From a virus (lineage: Duplodnaviria; Caudoviricetes): DNA of 64,000 nucleotides. The notes beneath the pieces are model-generated. The model saw nothing but the letters and a program-made list of their open reading frames with translations. It did no database searches and was not told where the DNA came from. This document shows, piece by piece, positions 11,259 to 19,437 of the stretch (its first letter is position 1; every line of letters begins with the position of its first letter). The position numbers and the translations under genes were made by a program. Location: the IMG/VR virus record IMGVR_UViG_3300046171_000271, one strand, 5' to 3'.

Positions 11259-12094
11259 ACAGAATTAACGATTATACTGAACTGGAATCTAGGATCGTTT
11301 CCTGGATTCGTGAATATGCTGATAATAATGCTATCAATGCATTAGTTGTTGGTGTTTCCGGTGGTATTGATTCCGCTGTAGTTTCTACGCTTTGCGCTAG
11401 AACTGGAATTCCCACCTTTGTATTGACGATGCCTCTTGCATCAAAAATGGATAATACTATTCTATCTACATCTCACGCAACATATCTCCGAGAGACATAT
11501 GATAATGTAGTGATGCAGAATGTAGAATTATCTTCTACATATGAACAACTGCTGAAGTCTATTGATTGGTGGACTGATATGCACGGTGGAGAGAGAGGAA
11601 CTTATACCTCTAATCAACTTGCAAATGCCAATACCAAGTCACGTCTACGTATGGTAACTTTATATCAAGTTGCAGGATCTGTTGGGGGTATTGTTGTAGG
11701 TACTGGTAACAAAGTTGAAGATTATGGTATCGGATTCTATACTAAATATGGTGACGGTGGTGTTGATATCGCACCTATTGCTGATCTGTACAAAACAGAA
11801 GTATGGGAACTTGGTAGACATCTTGGTGTCGATCAGCGTATCATCGATGCTGCTCCTACAGATGGACTGTGGGAAGACAGCAGAACTGATGAAGCACAGG
11901 TTGGTGCATCCTATGAGGATCTAGAATGGGTGATGGAGTCTGAAATTTTCTCTCATGAAAAAGAACCAGAGTCTGCTACCATGTGGAGAGGCATAGAACT
12001 GACTGAAAATCAAAAATCTGCTATCAAGCAGTATGGTAAGTTTCACCGTCAGAACAAGCATAAAATGATCTCTATTCCTACATTCAAACTATGA
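11255..12094 (+). CDS. nadE: NH3-dependent NAD+ synthetase
   Basis: VGVSGGIDSAV PP-loop, NTKSRLRM, GTGNKVE...FYTKYGDGGVDIAPIADLYKTEV, PTDGLW, DEAQVG. Confidence 0.9.
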   Translation: MNRINDYTELESRIVSWIREYADNNAINALVVGVSGGIDSAVVSTLCARTGIPTFVLTMPLASKMDNTILSTSHATYLRETYDNVVMQNVELSSTYEQLLKSIDWWTDMHGGERGTYTSNQLANANTKSRLRMVTLYQVAGSVGGIVVGTGNKVEDYGIGFYTKYGDGGVDIAPIADLYKTEVWELGRHLGVDQRIIDAAPTDGLWEDSRTDEAQVGASYEDLEWVMESEIFSHEKEPESATMWRGIELTENQKSAIKQYGKFHRQNKHKMISIPTFKL

Positions 12095-13227
12095 AAATTG
12101 GTGTAATTGGTGCGGGGCGACTTGGTATTTGCTTCGCACTTCTTTGTGAACAAGCAGGGTATGATGTATTAGTCTCTGATATTCGCGAAGATTACGTTGC
12201 GGATCTTATGGAAAAGAAGATCAAGACTAACGAACCTGATGTTCAAGATTTACTTAATCAATCTAATAATTTTTCAGCTACAACTAGCAATCAAAAAGTA
12301 ATCGAAGAGTGTGATATCGTTTACACTCTTGTTGCAACTCCGTCTTTACCTAGTGGTGACTATGATGTCAGTGCCGTTTGGAGAGTTGTTGATGATATCA
12401 TCAAGTCTGGTGTAAAAGATAAGTCTTTCATCGTTGGATGCACCACTAATCCTGGTGATTGTGAGATGTTCCAGGAAAGACTAGATGAAATAGGATGGGA
12501 AACATTCTATAATCCAGAGTTCATCGCTCAAGGATCTATTGTTAAAGATCTTCAGAATGCCGATATGGTTCTCATTGGTGGTAAGTGGGGTAAAACATTT
12601 GATAAATTATCTGACTTGTATCATAAAATTCAAGTTACTAAACCTCAGATTAGTTTGATGTCTAGAACAGCTTCTGAGGTGGTTAAAATTGCCACTAACT
12701 GCTTCCTCACTACGAAGATTAGTTATGCCAACATGATGGGACAGGTTCTTACTCTTGACGGTATGGAGGATGAGATTGATACTGTGCTTGATGCCATTGG
12801 TGCTGACAGTCGAATTGGTAAAAAGTATTTGAAGTTTGGTTATGGTTTTGGTGGCCCTTGTCTGCCTAGAGATAATCGTGCTTTTGCTGCTTATGCCAAG
12901 AGTCTTGGAGTCGAATATAATTTAGGCGCTACGACTGATAATTTTAACGAGGCACACAGTAAGTTTCTTCTTGATTATATGATTTGTAAGAATCATAAAA
13001 GTCTTCCTTACTATTTTGACTATGTTTCTTATAAAAGAGGAACAGATATACTTACAGAAAGTCAGCAGTTTAAACTCTGTAGAGCATTGCTTGACGAAGG
13101 ATATATTGTGTATATTAATGATAACGAAACTATCCTAAATCGTGTTAAAGATACTCTGTATGATCAATACTATGATAGAGTGAAGTTTGGAGAACCTGAC
13201 GAGGAAGTATTTAAAGTAGATATCTAA
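12091..13227 (+). CDS. ugd: UDP-glucose 6-dehydrogenase-like
   Basis: GVIGAGRLG, YNPEF, KIATNCFLTTKISYAN, DSRIG, GFGGPCLPRD. Confidence 0.85.
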   Translation: MKIGVIGAGRLGICFALLCEQAGYDVLVSDIREDYVADLMEKKIKTNEPDVQDLLNQSNNFSATTSNQKVIEECDIVYTLVATPSLPSGDYDVSAVWRVVDDIIKSGVKDKSFIVGCTTNPGDCEMFQERLDEIGWETFYNPEFIAQGSIVKDLQNADMVLIGGKWGKTFDKLSDLYHKIQVTKPQISLMSRTASEVVKIATNCFLTTKISYANMMGQVLTLDGMEDEIDTVLDAIGADSRIGKKYLKFGYGFGGPCLPRDNRAFAAYAKSLGVEYNLGATTDNFNEAHSKFLLDYMICKNHKSLPYYFDYVSYKRGTDILTESQQFKLCRALLDEGYIVYINDNETILNRVKDTLYDQYYDRVKFGEPDEEVFKVDI

Positions 13228-14051
13228 TGACTTTTGCTAACGCTGAAAAGAACAAATCAAAACATAAACTCCGTAACTTTGGCCCTGTTTATTATCTAAA
13301 CTTGGATGATCAACCAGAAAGGCGTCAGTTTATGGAAGATCAATTTGAGTATTGGGGAGTTGAAAACTATGAACGCATTTCTGCTTATGATGGCAGAGAT
13401 GATGATCTTGGCCATATTCTCAAAGGTAAATATCCAAATCAAATGTCATCCGGTGAGATTGGTTGTACCACTTCTCATCTTAAAGCACTCAAACATTGGT
13501 TAGATACATCTGATAGTCCTTATGCGATCATTATGGAAGATGATTGTAGTCTTGAAACAGTTCAGTGTTGGAATTTTGTTTGGGATGATTTTATTGCATA
13601 TGCTCCGTATGACTATGATGTAATTCAACTTGCAATTATTTGTACTGGAGATATTCATGTTAAGATTCATAAGAGGTTCGTCAATGACTTTTCTACCGCT
13701 TGCTATATGATTACTAGACGCCATGCACAAAAATTGATAGACTTTCATGTGCGTGGAAACAAATACAAATTAGATAACGGAGTAAAACCACGTCCTGTTG
13801 CAGATGATTTAATCTATAATTCTGGTAATACATATTCGATCCCACTACTTCTTTACCGCACAGAACTTGGTTCTAGTATCCATCCAGAGCATGTTGATGC
13901 ATATCATATAGGTAACTATAAAGCACAATCTAACTATTGGATCACAAACGGATCTAATATGAGTATCAAAGAACAAATGGATTATGATCCATATCTGGGT
14001 AGAATCACAGAAAACTCTGCTGCAAAAAGTTCGGAAACCTCAACAAGTTGA
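13227..14051 (+). CDS. GT25-family glycosyltransferase
   Basis: YYLNLDDQPERR, ISAYDG, GEIGCTTSH, IMEDD. Confidence 0.85.
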   Translation: MTFANAEKNKSKHKLRNFGPVYYLNLDDQPERRQFMEDQFEYWGVENYERISAYDGRDDDLGHILKGKYPNQMSSGEIGCTTSHLKALKHWLDTSDSPYAIIMEDDCSLETVQCWNFVWDDFIAYAPYDYDVIQLAIICTGDIHVKIHKRFVNDFSTACYMITRRHAQKLIDFHVRGNKYKLDNGVKPRPVADDLIYNSGNTYSIPLLLYRTELGSSIHPEHVDAYHIGNYKAQSNYWITNGSNMSIKEQMDYDPYLGRITENSAAKSSETSTS

Positions 14052-14081
14052 CAGAATCTGAAGAAACTGTTATCATAAATA
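14048..14081 (+). promoter_or_regulatory. sigma70-type promoter overlapped by a late-promoter-like ATAAATA
   Basis: TTGACA 14048-53, 17 nt spacer, TATCAT 14071-76; ATAAATA 14075-81. Confidence 0.7.
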
Positions 14082-14085
14082 CTTA

Positions 14086-14174
14086 ACCTTTTGCTTTGCA
14101 TTAGGTATAATTACACAGAACCATGTCGAGGTTCTTTCCATCTGCGGGTATTCATTCCGCAAGTAAATAAAGGT
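14086..14174 (+). ncRNA. structured 5' leader (candidate cis-regulatory RNA)
   Basis: hairpins AGAACC/GGTTCT (14117-35) and TGCGG/CCGCA (14143-61); ACCT(TT) 14086-91 can pair with AGGT 14103-06 or AAAGGT 14169-74. Confidence 0.5.
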
Positions 14175-14184
14175 ACACAAAAAA

Positions 14185-14559
14185 ATGTTTAAATCTGTAT
14201 TCGCAGCAACTGCTGCTCTGTTCACTTCCGCAGGCGCTGCCCTTGCAGGCCCTTATGTCAACGTCGAAACCAACGCAGCTTGGGCAGGCGATGATTACGC
14301 TGGGGCTACTACAGATCTCCACGTAGGCGTTGAAGGTGAAGTCGGTACTGCTGATGTCTATGTACAAGGCGGCCCTTCTATCGTTGCTATCGATGGTGAA
14401 GAAAACGAAACCCGTTTCTCTGGTAAGGTTGGTGTTGGTTTCCCTGTCTCCGATGCTCTTGGTGTCTATGGTGAACTTTCTGCGATTACCGCTACCGATG
14501 AGTTTGAACTTGATGATCTCAGCGTCGGTGGTAAACTGGGTGTGAAGTACAACTTCTGA
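14185..14559 (+). CDS. small exported beta-barrel-like protein (PhCOG173-like), copy 1
   Basis: signal peptide ending ALA-GPY, alternating beta-strand pattern, C-terminal KYNF; position upstream of pstS. Confidence 0.65.
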   Translation: MFKSVFAATAALFTSAGAALAGPYVNVETNAAWAGDDYAGATTDLHVGVEGEVGTADVYVQGGPSIVAIDGEENETRFSGKVGVGFPVSDALGVYGELSAITATDEFELDDLSVGGKLGVKYNF

Positions 14560-14589
14560 TAAGTTAATTAATATACATCTAGATGTGTT

Positions 14590-14617
14590 GGGGTGCTGAC
14601 GAGCACCCCTTTTTTTT
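14590..14617 (+). terminator. intrinsic terminator
   Basis: GGGGTGCT-GACG-AGCACCCC followed by T8. Confidence 0.85.
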
Positions 14618-14618
14618 G

Positions 14619-14690
14619 TTTAAATTTTGTTTAAACCGCTCTATATACCAAGGTTTGTCTTTGGTTAACGAATTTAACCTATTCTTAAAT
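14619..14690 (+). promoter_or_regulatory. candidate pho boxes upstream of the beta-barrel/pstS unit
   Basis: TTAAA/TTAAA/TATAT at 11-nt period (14620, 14631, 14642) and TTAAC/TTAAA (14674, 14685); resembles cyanobacterial PhoB/SphR TTAA repeats. Confidence 0.5.
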
Positions 14691-14761
14691 ACATAACCAG
14701 AAGTCTCTGTTATACTATCAAAGTCTTCAAAAGACAAACAAGTAGTTTGCAAAACAAAGAA

Positions 14762-15133
14762 ATGAAAACACAAGCACTTGCCGCACTGGCACTGACTGCA
14801 CTGGCGACACCTGCTCTGGCTGGCCCTTATGTCTCCACTAAGTCAGAATTTAAGGGTGATGAAGATGGATATGGTAAGACTGTTCATCAAGCTCGCGTCG
14901 GTTATGGAACCAAACTGAACGGTGGTATCAAACCTTACGTTGAAATTGGCCGTGGAATTTCCGCTGATGATGGTGTAGAAGTTTTTGATGGTGATGGTTT
15001 CACTGTTGCTGAAGTTGGTGCATCTTTCCCCATTACTGAAAGTTTCTCCGCTAAGGCAAAGTTTGAGCACAAGTGGGCTGAAGATGATGCTCGTGATTGG
15101 AAGTTTGAAGTTGGCACCAAGTACAAGTTCTGA
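14762..15133 (+). CDS. small exported beta-barrel-like protein (PhCOG173-like), copy 2
   Basis: signal peptide ending ALA-GPYV, GKTVHQARVGY, C-terminal KYKF; clearly paralogous to 14185..14559. Confidence 0.65.
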   Translation: MKTQALAALALTALATPALAGPYVSTKSEFKGDEDGYGKTVHQARVGYGTKLNGGIKPYVEIGRGISADDGVEVFDGDGFTVAEVGASFPITESFSAKAKFEHKWAEDDARDWKFEVGTKYKF

Positions 15134-15160
15134 TCTCTAATTTAAAACGAGGACATAAAA

Positions 15161-16123
15161 ATGAAATTCGCCGCAATCGCTTTGGGCGCACTCTCCTTAG
15201 TTGCGCCTAGTGCTCAGGCTGTAGAAACTCTGAATGGTGCTGGCGCATCATTCCCCGCTCCAATCTACCAGCGTTGGTTTAAGGACTATGCTGAAAAAAC
15301 TGGTAATCAAGTCAACTATCAAGCAGTTGGTTCTGGTGCTGGTGTCCGTCAATACAAAGCAGGAACCACTGATTTCGGTGCTTCCGATAAGGCAGTATCT
15401 GATAGCAAACTGTCTGGCATTTCCCGTCCTATGGTTCAAATTCCTATGACTGGTGGTGCTATTGCTGTAGCATACAATAAGCCTGGTTGTGATCTTAAAC
15501 TGACTCAAACAGAAGTTGCTAAAGTTTTTTATGGAAGTATTAATAACTGGGCACACTTCGGTTGTGGTGATGCTCCTATCACTATTGCTGTTCGCTCTGA
15601 TGGTTCGGGTACGACAGCTGGTTTTACTAATTCTCTCTCTGCTTTCTCAGTTTATTGGGATGTTAAAGTCGGACGTGGTAAGTCTGTGAAATGGCCTGGC
15701 GCTAACACCGTCGCTGGTAAAGGTAACAGTGGTGTTGCTGGTGTCATCAAGAACACCGAAGGTGCTATCGGTTATCTGAACTATGGATATGTTGTTGGCG
15801 ATCGTTTCCAACAGGCTGCCATTAAAAATAAAGCAGGTAATTATGTCAAAGCAAATGGTGAAACTTCTGCTGCCGGTTTAGCACAAATCAAACTTGATGA
15901 TAAACTGCGTGGAACCGACGCTAACCCCGCTGGTGCTAACTCATTCCCCATTGTATCTCTCACTTGGATTCTTGCTGAACCAGGACATAAGACTGATTCA
16001 GTTAAGTCTGCTCTTCGTTATATGTTGAGTGAAGAAGCACAAGGTATTTCAGATTCTCTTGGTTATGTACCTCTCCCTGAGTCTCTTCGACAGAAATCCC
16101 TTGCCGCTGTTGACTCTCTCTGA
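15161..16123 (+). CDS. pstS: phosphate ABC transporter substrate-binding protein
   Basis: LNGAGASFP, YQAVGSGAG, DFGASD, RSDGSGTT, GKGNSGV, GAIGY, FPIVSLTW. Confidence 0.95.
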   Translation: MKFAAIALGALSLVAPSAQAVETLNGAGASFPAPIYQRWFKDYAEKTGNQVNYQAVGSGAGVRQYKAGTTDFGASDKAVSDSKLSGISRPMVQIPMTGGAIAVAYNKPGCDLKLTQTEVAKVFYGSINNWAHFGCGDAPITIAVRSDGSGTTAGFTNSLSAFSVYWDVKVGRGKSVKWPGANTVAGKGNSGVAGVIKNTEGAIGYLNYGYVVGDRFQQAAIKNKAGNYVKANGETSAAGLAQIKLDDKLRGTDANPAGANSFPIVSLTWILAEPGHKTDSVKSALRYMLSEEAQGISDSLGYVPLPESLRQKSLAAVDSL

Positions 16124-16151
16124 TATAATATAGACTTAAGTGTAATTTACT

Positions 16152-16361
16152 ATGAATGATTGTGATCCCAAGTGGAGACGTTGGTGTATTGCCTGCTGTT
16201 CTTCGCAACTATGGTTAGTTCCTGCCGCTCTGCTTGGGATTCTCATTCTTATTGAGAGTGTTCATACTTCTGCTCATCTTAAGATGGAGCAAGATGTTCA
16301 TGGATATTGCAGTAAAAATGTAGAACATCAAAAAAATCTTGAATTTGAGGAAGATTGGTGA
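16152..16361 (+). CDS. small membrane protein, unknown function
   Basis: one hydrophobic segment; operon-like spacing. Confidence 0.55.
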   Translation: MNDCDPKWRRWCIACCSSQLWLVPAALLGILILIESVHTSAHLKMEQDVHGYCSKNVEHQKNLEFEEDW

Positions 16362-16543
16362 AAAAGAAAGTACAGAAAATGTTAGAATGGTTCTATCAGG
16401 AAACTGATAGGGGTGAACAAAACATCGTAGAGTGTAAAAATGTTTATGATCTTGTAGAAAGACTTCAGTATCGTCTTGAAGATTTGGAAAATGAGCATAT
16501 GCAGTTATTACGAAGATTGGAAAGTCTTGAAAAGAAAAAATAA
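16355..16543 (+). CDS. small coiled-coil hypothetical protein
   Basis: overlaps the upstream stop and ends before a terminator. Confidence 0.55.
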   Translation: MVKKKVQKMLEWFYQETDRGEQNIVECKNVYDLVERLQYRLEDLENEHMQLLRRLESLEKKK

Positions 16544-16559
16544 GTAATAATTACTACAG

Positions 16560-16595
16560 GGAACGCTTGACAGCGTTCCTTTTTTACTATATAAT
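16560..16595 (+). terminator. terminator hairpin overlapping a sigma70 promoter
   Basis: GGAACGCT-TGAC-AGCGTTCC+T tract; TTGACA 16567-72, 17 nt, TATAAT 16590-95. Confidence 0.85.
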
Positions 16596-16612
16596 ATGTA
16601 AAGTTTCATAAC
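16595..16612 (-). promoter_or_regulatory. HLR1 (RpaB-site)-like direct repeat at the hli start site
   Basis: minus strand GTTATGAA-AC-TTTACATA, 14/16 to (G/T)TTACAWW-N2-(G/T)TTACAWW. Confidence 0.5.
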
Positions 16613-16621
16613 AAAAAGTTA

Positions 16622-16840
16622 ATGACTGTTACAACAGAAGATGGTGGACGCCAGAATTTGTTTGCTCGCGAACCAAAAATGTACATCTCAAAATCTGACG
16701 CTGAGCGTTATGGTTATGAGTCATATGCGGAACGAGCAGAGAAACTGAATGGACGTACTGCTATGCTTGGATTTGTTGCTGCTATTATCTCTTATGCTAC
16801 TAGTGGTAGTGTATTTTTCTTTGGTGCTTTCGGATTCTGA
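16622..16840 (+). CDS. hli: high-light-inducible protein
   Basis: AEKLNGRTAMLGFVAA chlorophyll-binding helix motif. Confidence 0.95.
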   Translation: MTVTTEDGGRQNLFAREPKMYISKSDAERYGYESYAERAEKLNGRTAMLGFVAAIISYATSGSVFFFGAFGF

Positions 16841-17053
16841 TTGATGCTTGAACTCCTTACTTATTATGTAATCGTTTCCGTTGTATTCATCGGAGCACCC
16901 GGTGTATTTTTTTACATCGTATTCATGCCTGCCCTACAAAATACAAAGGGTAGAATGGTTGGATACAAAGATCATAGGGACTATGGTGATTCCTCCATTT
17001 ATGAAAATTCACCATCTGATCAAACTAAATTTTACCTTACTTTAGAATCATGA
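16841..17053 (+). CDS. small membrane protein, unknown function
   Basis: N-terminal TM helix; lies between two hli genes. Confidence 0.55.
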   Translation: MMLELLTYYVIVSVVFIGAPGVFFYIVFMPALQNTKGRMVGYKDHRDYGDSSIYENSPSDQTKFYLTLES

Positions 17054-17157
17054 ACGAAACAGCAGAAAGAATTAACGGACTCGCAGCCATGATTGGTGTT
17101 ATTGCCGCTATGGGTGCATACGCAGTCACAGGACAAATTATCCCTGGAGTATGGTGA
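17050..17157 (+). CDS. hli: short high-light-inducible protein (35 aa, below the ORF-track cutoff)
   Basis: MNETAERINGLAAMIGVIAAMGAYAVTGQIIPGVW. Confidence 0.9.
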   Translation: MNETAERINGLAAMIGVIAAMGAYAVTGQIIPGVW

Positions 17158-17276
17158 TGCTAGTCCTGGCAATGTCTTTATTTGCAGGATTTATTGTGGG
17201 ATCATTCTTGGGAAGAGATATTAACGACGACGATGATATGGATGGAGGTATGCTGGTGCCAGCATCAACCTCTTGA
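17157..17276 (+). CDS. 39-aa membrane peptide with acidic DDDDMDGG tail
   Basis: ATG overlaps the hli TGA; TM helix followed by an acidic stretch. Confidence 0.55.
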   Translation: MLVLAMSLFAGFIVGSFLGRDINDDDDMDGGMLVPASTS

Positions 17277-17290
17277 TAAAACTAAATAAG

Positions 17291-17328
17291 AAAGCGGTAT
17301 TGACTTACCGCTTTTTTTATGCTATTAT
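17291..17328 (+). terminator. terminator hairpin overlapping a sigma70 promoter
   Basis: AAAGCGGTA-TTGACT-TACCGCTTT+T tract; TTGACT 17300-05, 17 nt, TATTAT 17323-28. Confidence 0.85.
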
Positions 17329-17340
17329 GACTTTGTCAAT

Positions 17341-17928
17341 ATGAAAACTATGAATCTCTTTTTTATTGGAGTAGTGACAACTGGTGCATTTTTTTCTTTT
17401 CTTTTCAAAGAAAAAAATCAAAAGATCGATCCTCCTGTAGAAATTGCTGTTCAAGAATTTAAATCTCCATCTTGGAAGTGTCCTGATTGCACTCCAGAAG
17501 AAAAATATATTTTACAAGAATTACAAGAAAAAACTAAAATTGTAGATAGGAATGCACTTGCGACTATCCTGGGAAATATCAAACAGGAAAGTAAGTTCAT
17601 TGCAAACATATGTGAGGGAGGTGCTAGAGTTCCTTATGATCGTTGTCACCGAGGTGGTTATGGAATCATTCAGTGGACATCAGAGAATCGTTACTTGGGA
17701 TTAGGAAACTTTGCTAAAAAGTATGGTTGCGATCCTAGTAATTTTAAATGTCAAACTCGTTATATGATTAATGAATCTGTCTTTCAAAAATATCTTCCAA
17801 TGTTTGAGGGATCAGGTGAATCAATTTCGCAATATATGGTTCCTGCCTATTATTGGTTAGGATGGGGAATCAAAGGAAAACGAGAAATTTACTCACATAA
17901 CTACTATCAGAAACTAGTTTTGCAATGA
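17341..17928 (+). CDS. membrane-anchored phage-tail-lysozyme-like protein
   Basis: N-terminal hydrophobic anchor; ATILGNIKQES and GYGIIQWT match the tail-lysozyme (Phage_lysozyme2) pattern. Confidence 0.65.
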   Translation: MKTMNLFFIGVVTTGAFFSFLFKEKNQKIDPPVEIAVQEFKSPSWKCPDCTPEEKYILQELQEKTKIVDRNALATILGNIKQESKFIANICEGGARVPYDRCHRGGYGIIQWTSENRYLGLGNFAKKYGCDPSNFKCQTRYMINESVFQKYLPMFEGSGESISQYMVPAYYWLGWGIKGKREIYSHNYYQKLVLQ

Positions 17929-18341
17929 TTAATAAAATTAAAAAAACACTAAGTCAAGTCCTCTTCTCTGATGATTCTACGAAACTTCCATTTTGGGATG
18001 ATACAGACATTGAATGTGCAATTGATGAAGAAGTTGTGGACTGCAGTGAAATGGACAGTCCTCCTTATGTCGGTATTCCTGCTCCTGCGTACCTAGAGGA
18101 TGATCCTTGGTTCCCTAATCCTTTCATGAAAGACAAAGAAATAAAATTTGCTGGCAATTATCAAGGGCCACTGTATGCCCCATATACTGCAGTGGATGAG
18201 TTTAAAAAGTCTACTGGAGATGATGGAATGCATCAAAAAATGTATGAAATGTCTACCAGAAGTGGCAAAACAACTTTGCAACTAAATCTTATTGGAGGAT
18301 CTGAAAACTTTCAAGGCGGTTCTGAAAATGTCCATCGATGA
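17925..18341 (+). CDS. hypothetical protein
   Basis: ORF with overlapping start/stop junctions. Confidence 0.5.
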   Translation: MINKIKKTLSQVLFSDDSTKLPFWDDTDIECAIDEEVVDCSEMDSPPYVGIPAPAYLEDDPWFPNPFMKDKEIKFAGNYQGPLYAPYTAVDEFKKSTGDDGMHQKMYEMSTRSGKTTLQLNLIGGSENFQGGSENVHR

Positions 18342-18549
18342 TTGGCGCTACAACGATCACAAAATGAAAGTGCGCCAACAGGCACTGACAATTCTACTTG
18401 CAAAATATGGAGGACAAATGGATGGTGTCGTCCCTAAATACTCTAGTCAGTCCATCTATGAATGTGCTAACGACTGGGTTTCGCAAGGTAACATGCATAC
18501 GGCTGGCATAGTACAATACTACAAGGCATATTATGCAAAAAGTAATTAA
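18328..18549 (+). CDS. hypothetical protein
   Basis: MSIDDWRY...YECANDWVSQG; tight spacing. Confidence 0.55.
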   Translation: MSIDDWRYNDHKMKVRQQALTILLAKYGGQMDGVVPKYSSQSIYECANDWVSQGNMHTAGIVQYYKAYYAKSN

Positions 18550-18760
18550 CGTATTAGCACTACTTTCATTCGTAGGAACTTCTGCTATAATTGCAGGCGG
18601 AGGTTATGTTTATCTCAATAAGGATAACATTATTGCGAATGTCAAGTCACGAATGTCTGAAGCGATTGGAGAAGCAATTACAGATGCTCTTCCTGTTGCA
18701 TTAGATGCAGAACTTCCAGAAGCACTTCCACAAACAACTGGTGGAGTATTACCTTTTTAA
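18533..18760 (+). CDS. small membrane-anchored protein
   Basis: MQKVINVLALLSF TM start, ends TGGVLPF. Confidence 0.6.
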   Translation: MQKVINVLALLSFVGTSAIIAGGGYVYLNKDNIIANVKSRMSEAIGEAITDALPVALDAELPEALPQTTGGVLPF

Positions 18761-18763
18761 TTT

Positions 18764-19417
18764 ATGAAAAAATTTTTTATGATGCTAATGGCAGCGGCAT
18801 TGACTGCACCTGCTATTGCTGAAGAATCAAAAGTCAAGAGATGGAATTCTTTTGACTCTATGGGATGTATGATGCTTCGTGAATGCACCGAAGATGTAAG
18901 ACAGGTGAAAACTTGGATGAGTTTTGGTGAACAATATGAAGTATATAAAGATGAGATCTCCGATATCCTCACTAGTCTCAATCAAATTGGAGTCAATGTT
19001 TATATCGGTGACAACAAATATTTTGCTTTTGCTACACGCGGACTTTATTATGTAAAGGGAAATGATATGTTCTTTAATGAGAAATATCTTTCTACTCCCA
19101 ATGTACTTCTGAAAGTTCTTCGCCATGAAGGTTGGCATACTGCTCAAGATTGTATGGCAGGAACTATTGACAATACATTTACAGCTGTAATTCTGCAGGA
19201 TGGTAAAGTTCCAGATTGGATTGTTAATGGGGCAGAGAAAACCTATCCAGCATCAGCAGCACCATATGAATCAGAAGCAATGTATGCTGCATTCTCTGAC
19301 ACCATGACTAGAGATGCTCTTAAAGTCTGTGCAGGCCCTAAAAAAATGTGGGAAGTTTATAAACCAACACCTCTTACTAAAAAATGGTTGATGGAGCAAG
19401 GATATATTTCTAAATAA
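18764..19417 (+). CDS. exported protein with an HExxH zinc-peptidase-like motif
   Basis: signal peptide; LRHEGWHTAQDC; downstream YESEA. Confidence 0.55.
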   Translation: MKKFFMMLMAAALTAPAIAEESKVKRWNSFDSMGCMMLRECTEDVRQVKTWMSFGEQYEVYKDEISDILTSLNQIGVNVYIGDNKYFAFATRGLYYVKGNDMFFNEKYLSTPNVLLKVLRHEGWHTAQDCMAGTIDNTFTAVILQDGKVPDWIVNGAEKTYPASAAPYESEAMYAAFSDTMTRDALKVCAGPKKMWEVYKPTPLTKKWLMEQGYISK

Positions 19418-19437
19418 AGAAGATTTATCCATTACTT

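Noticed and set aside
14596-14625. Terminator at 14590 as another terminator-promoter hybrid
   Set aside because: CTGACG is present, but there is no credible -10 hexamer 17 nt downstream.
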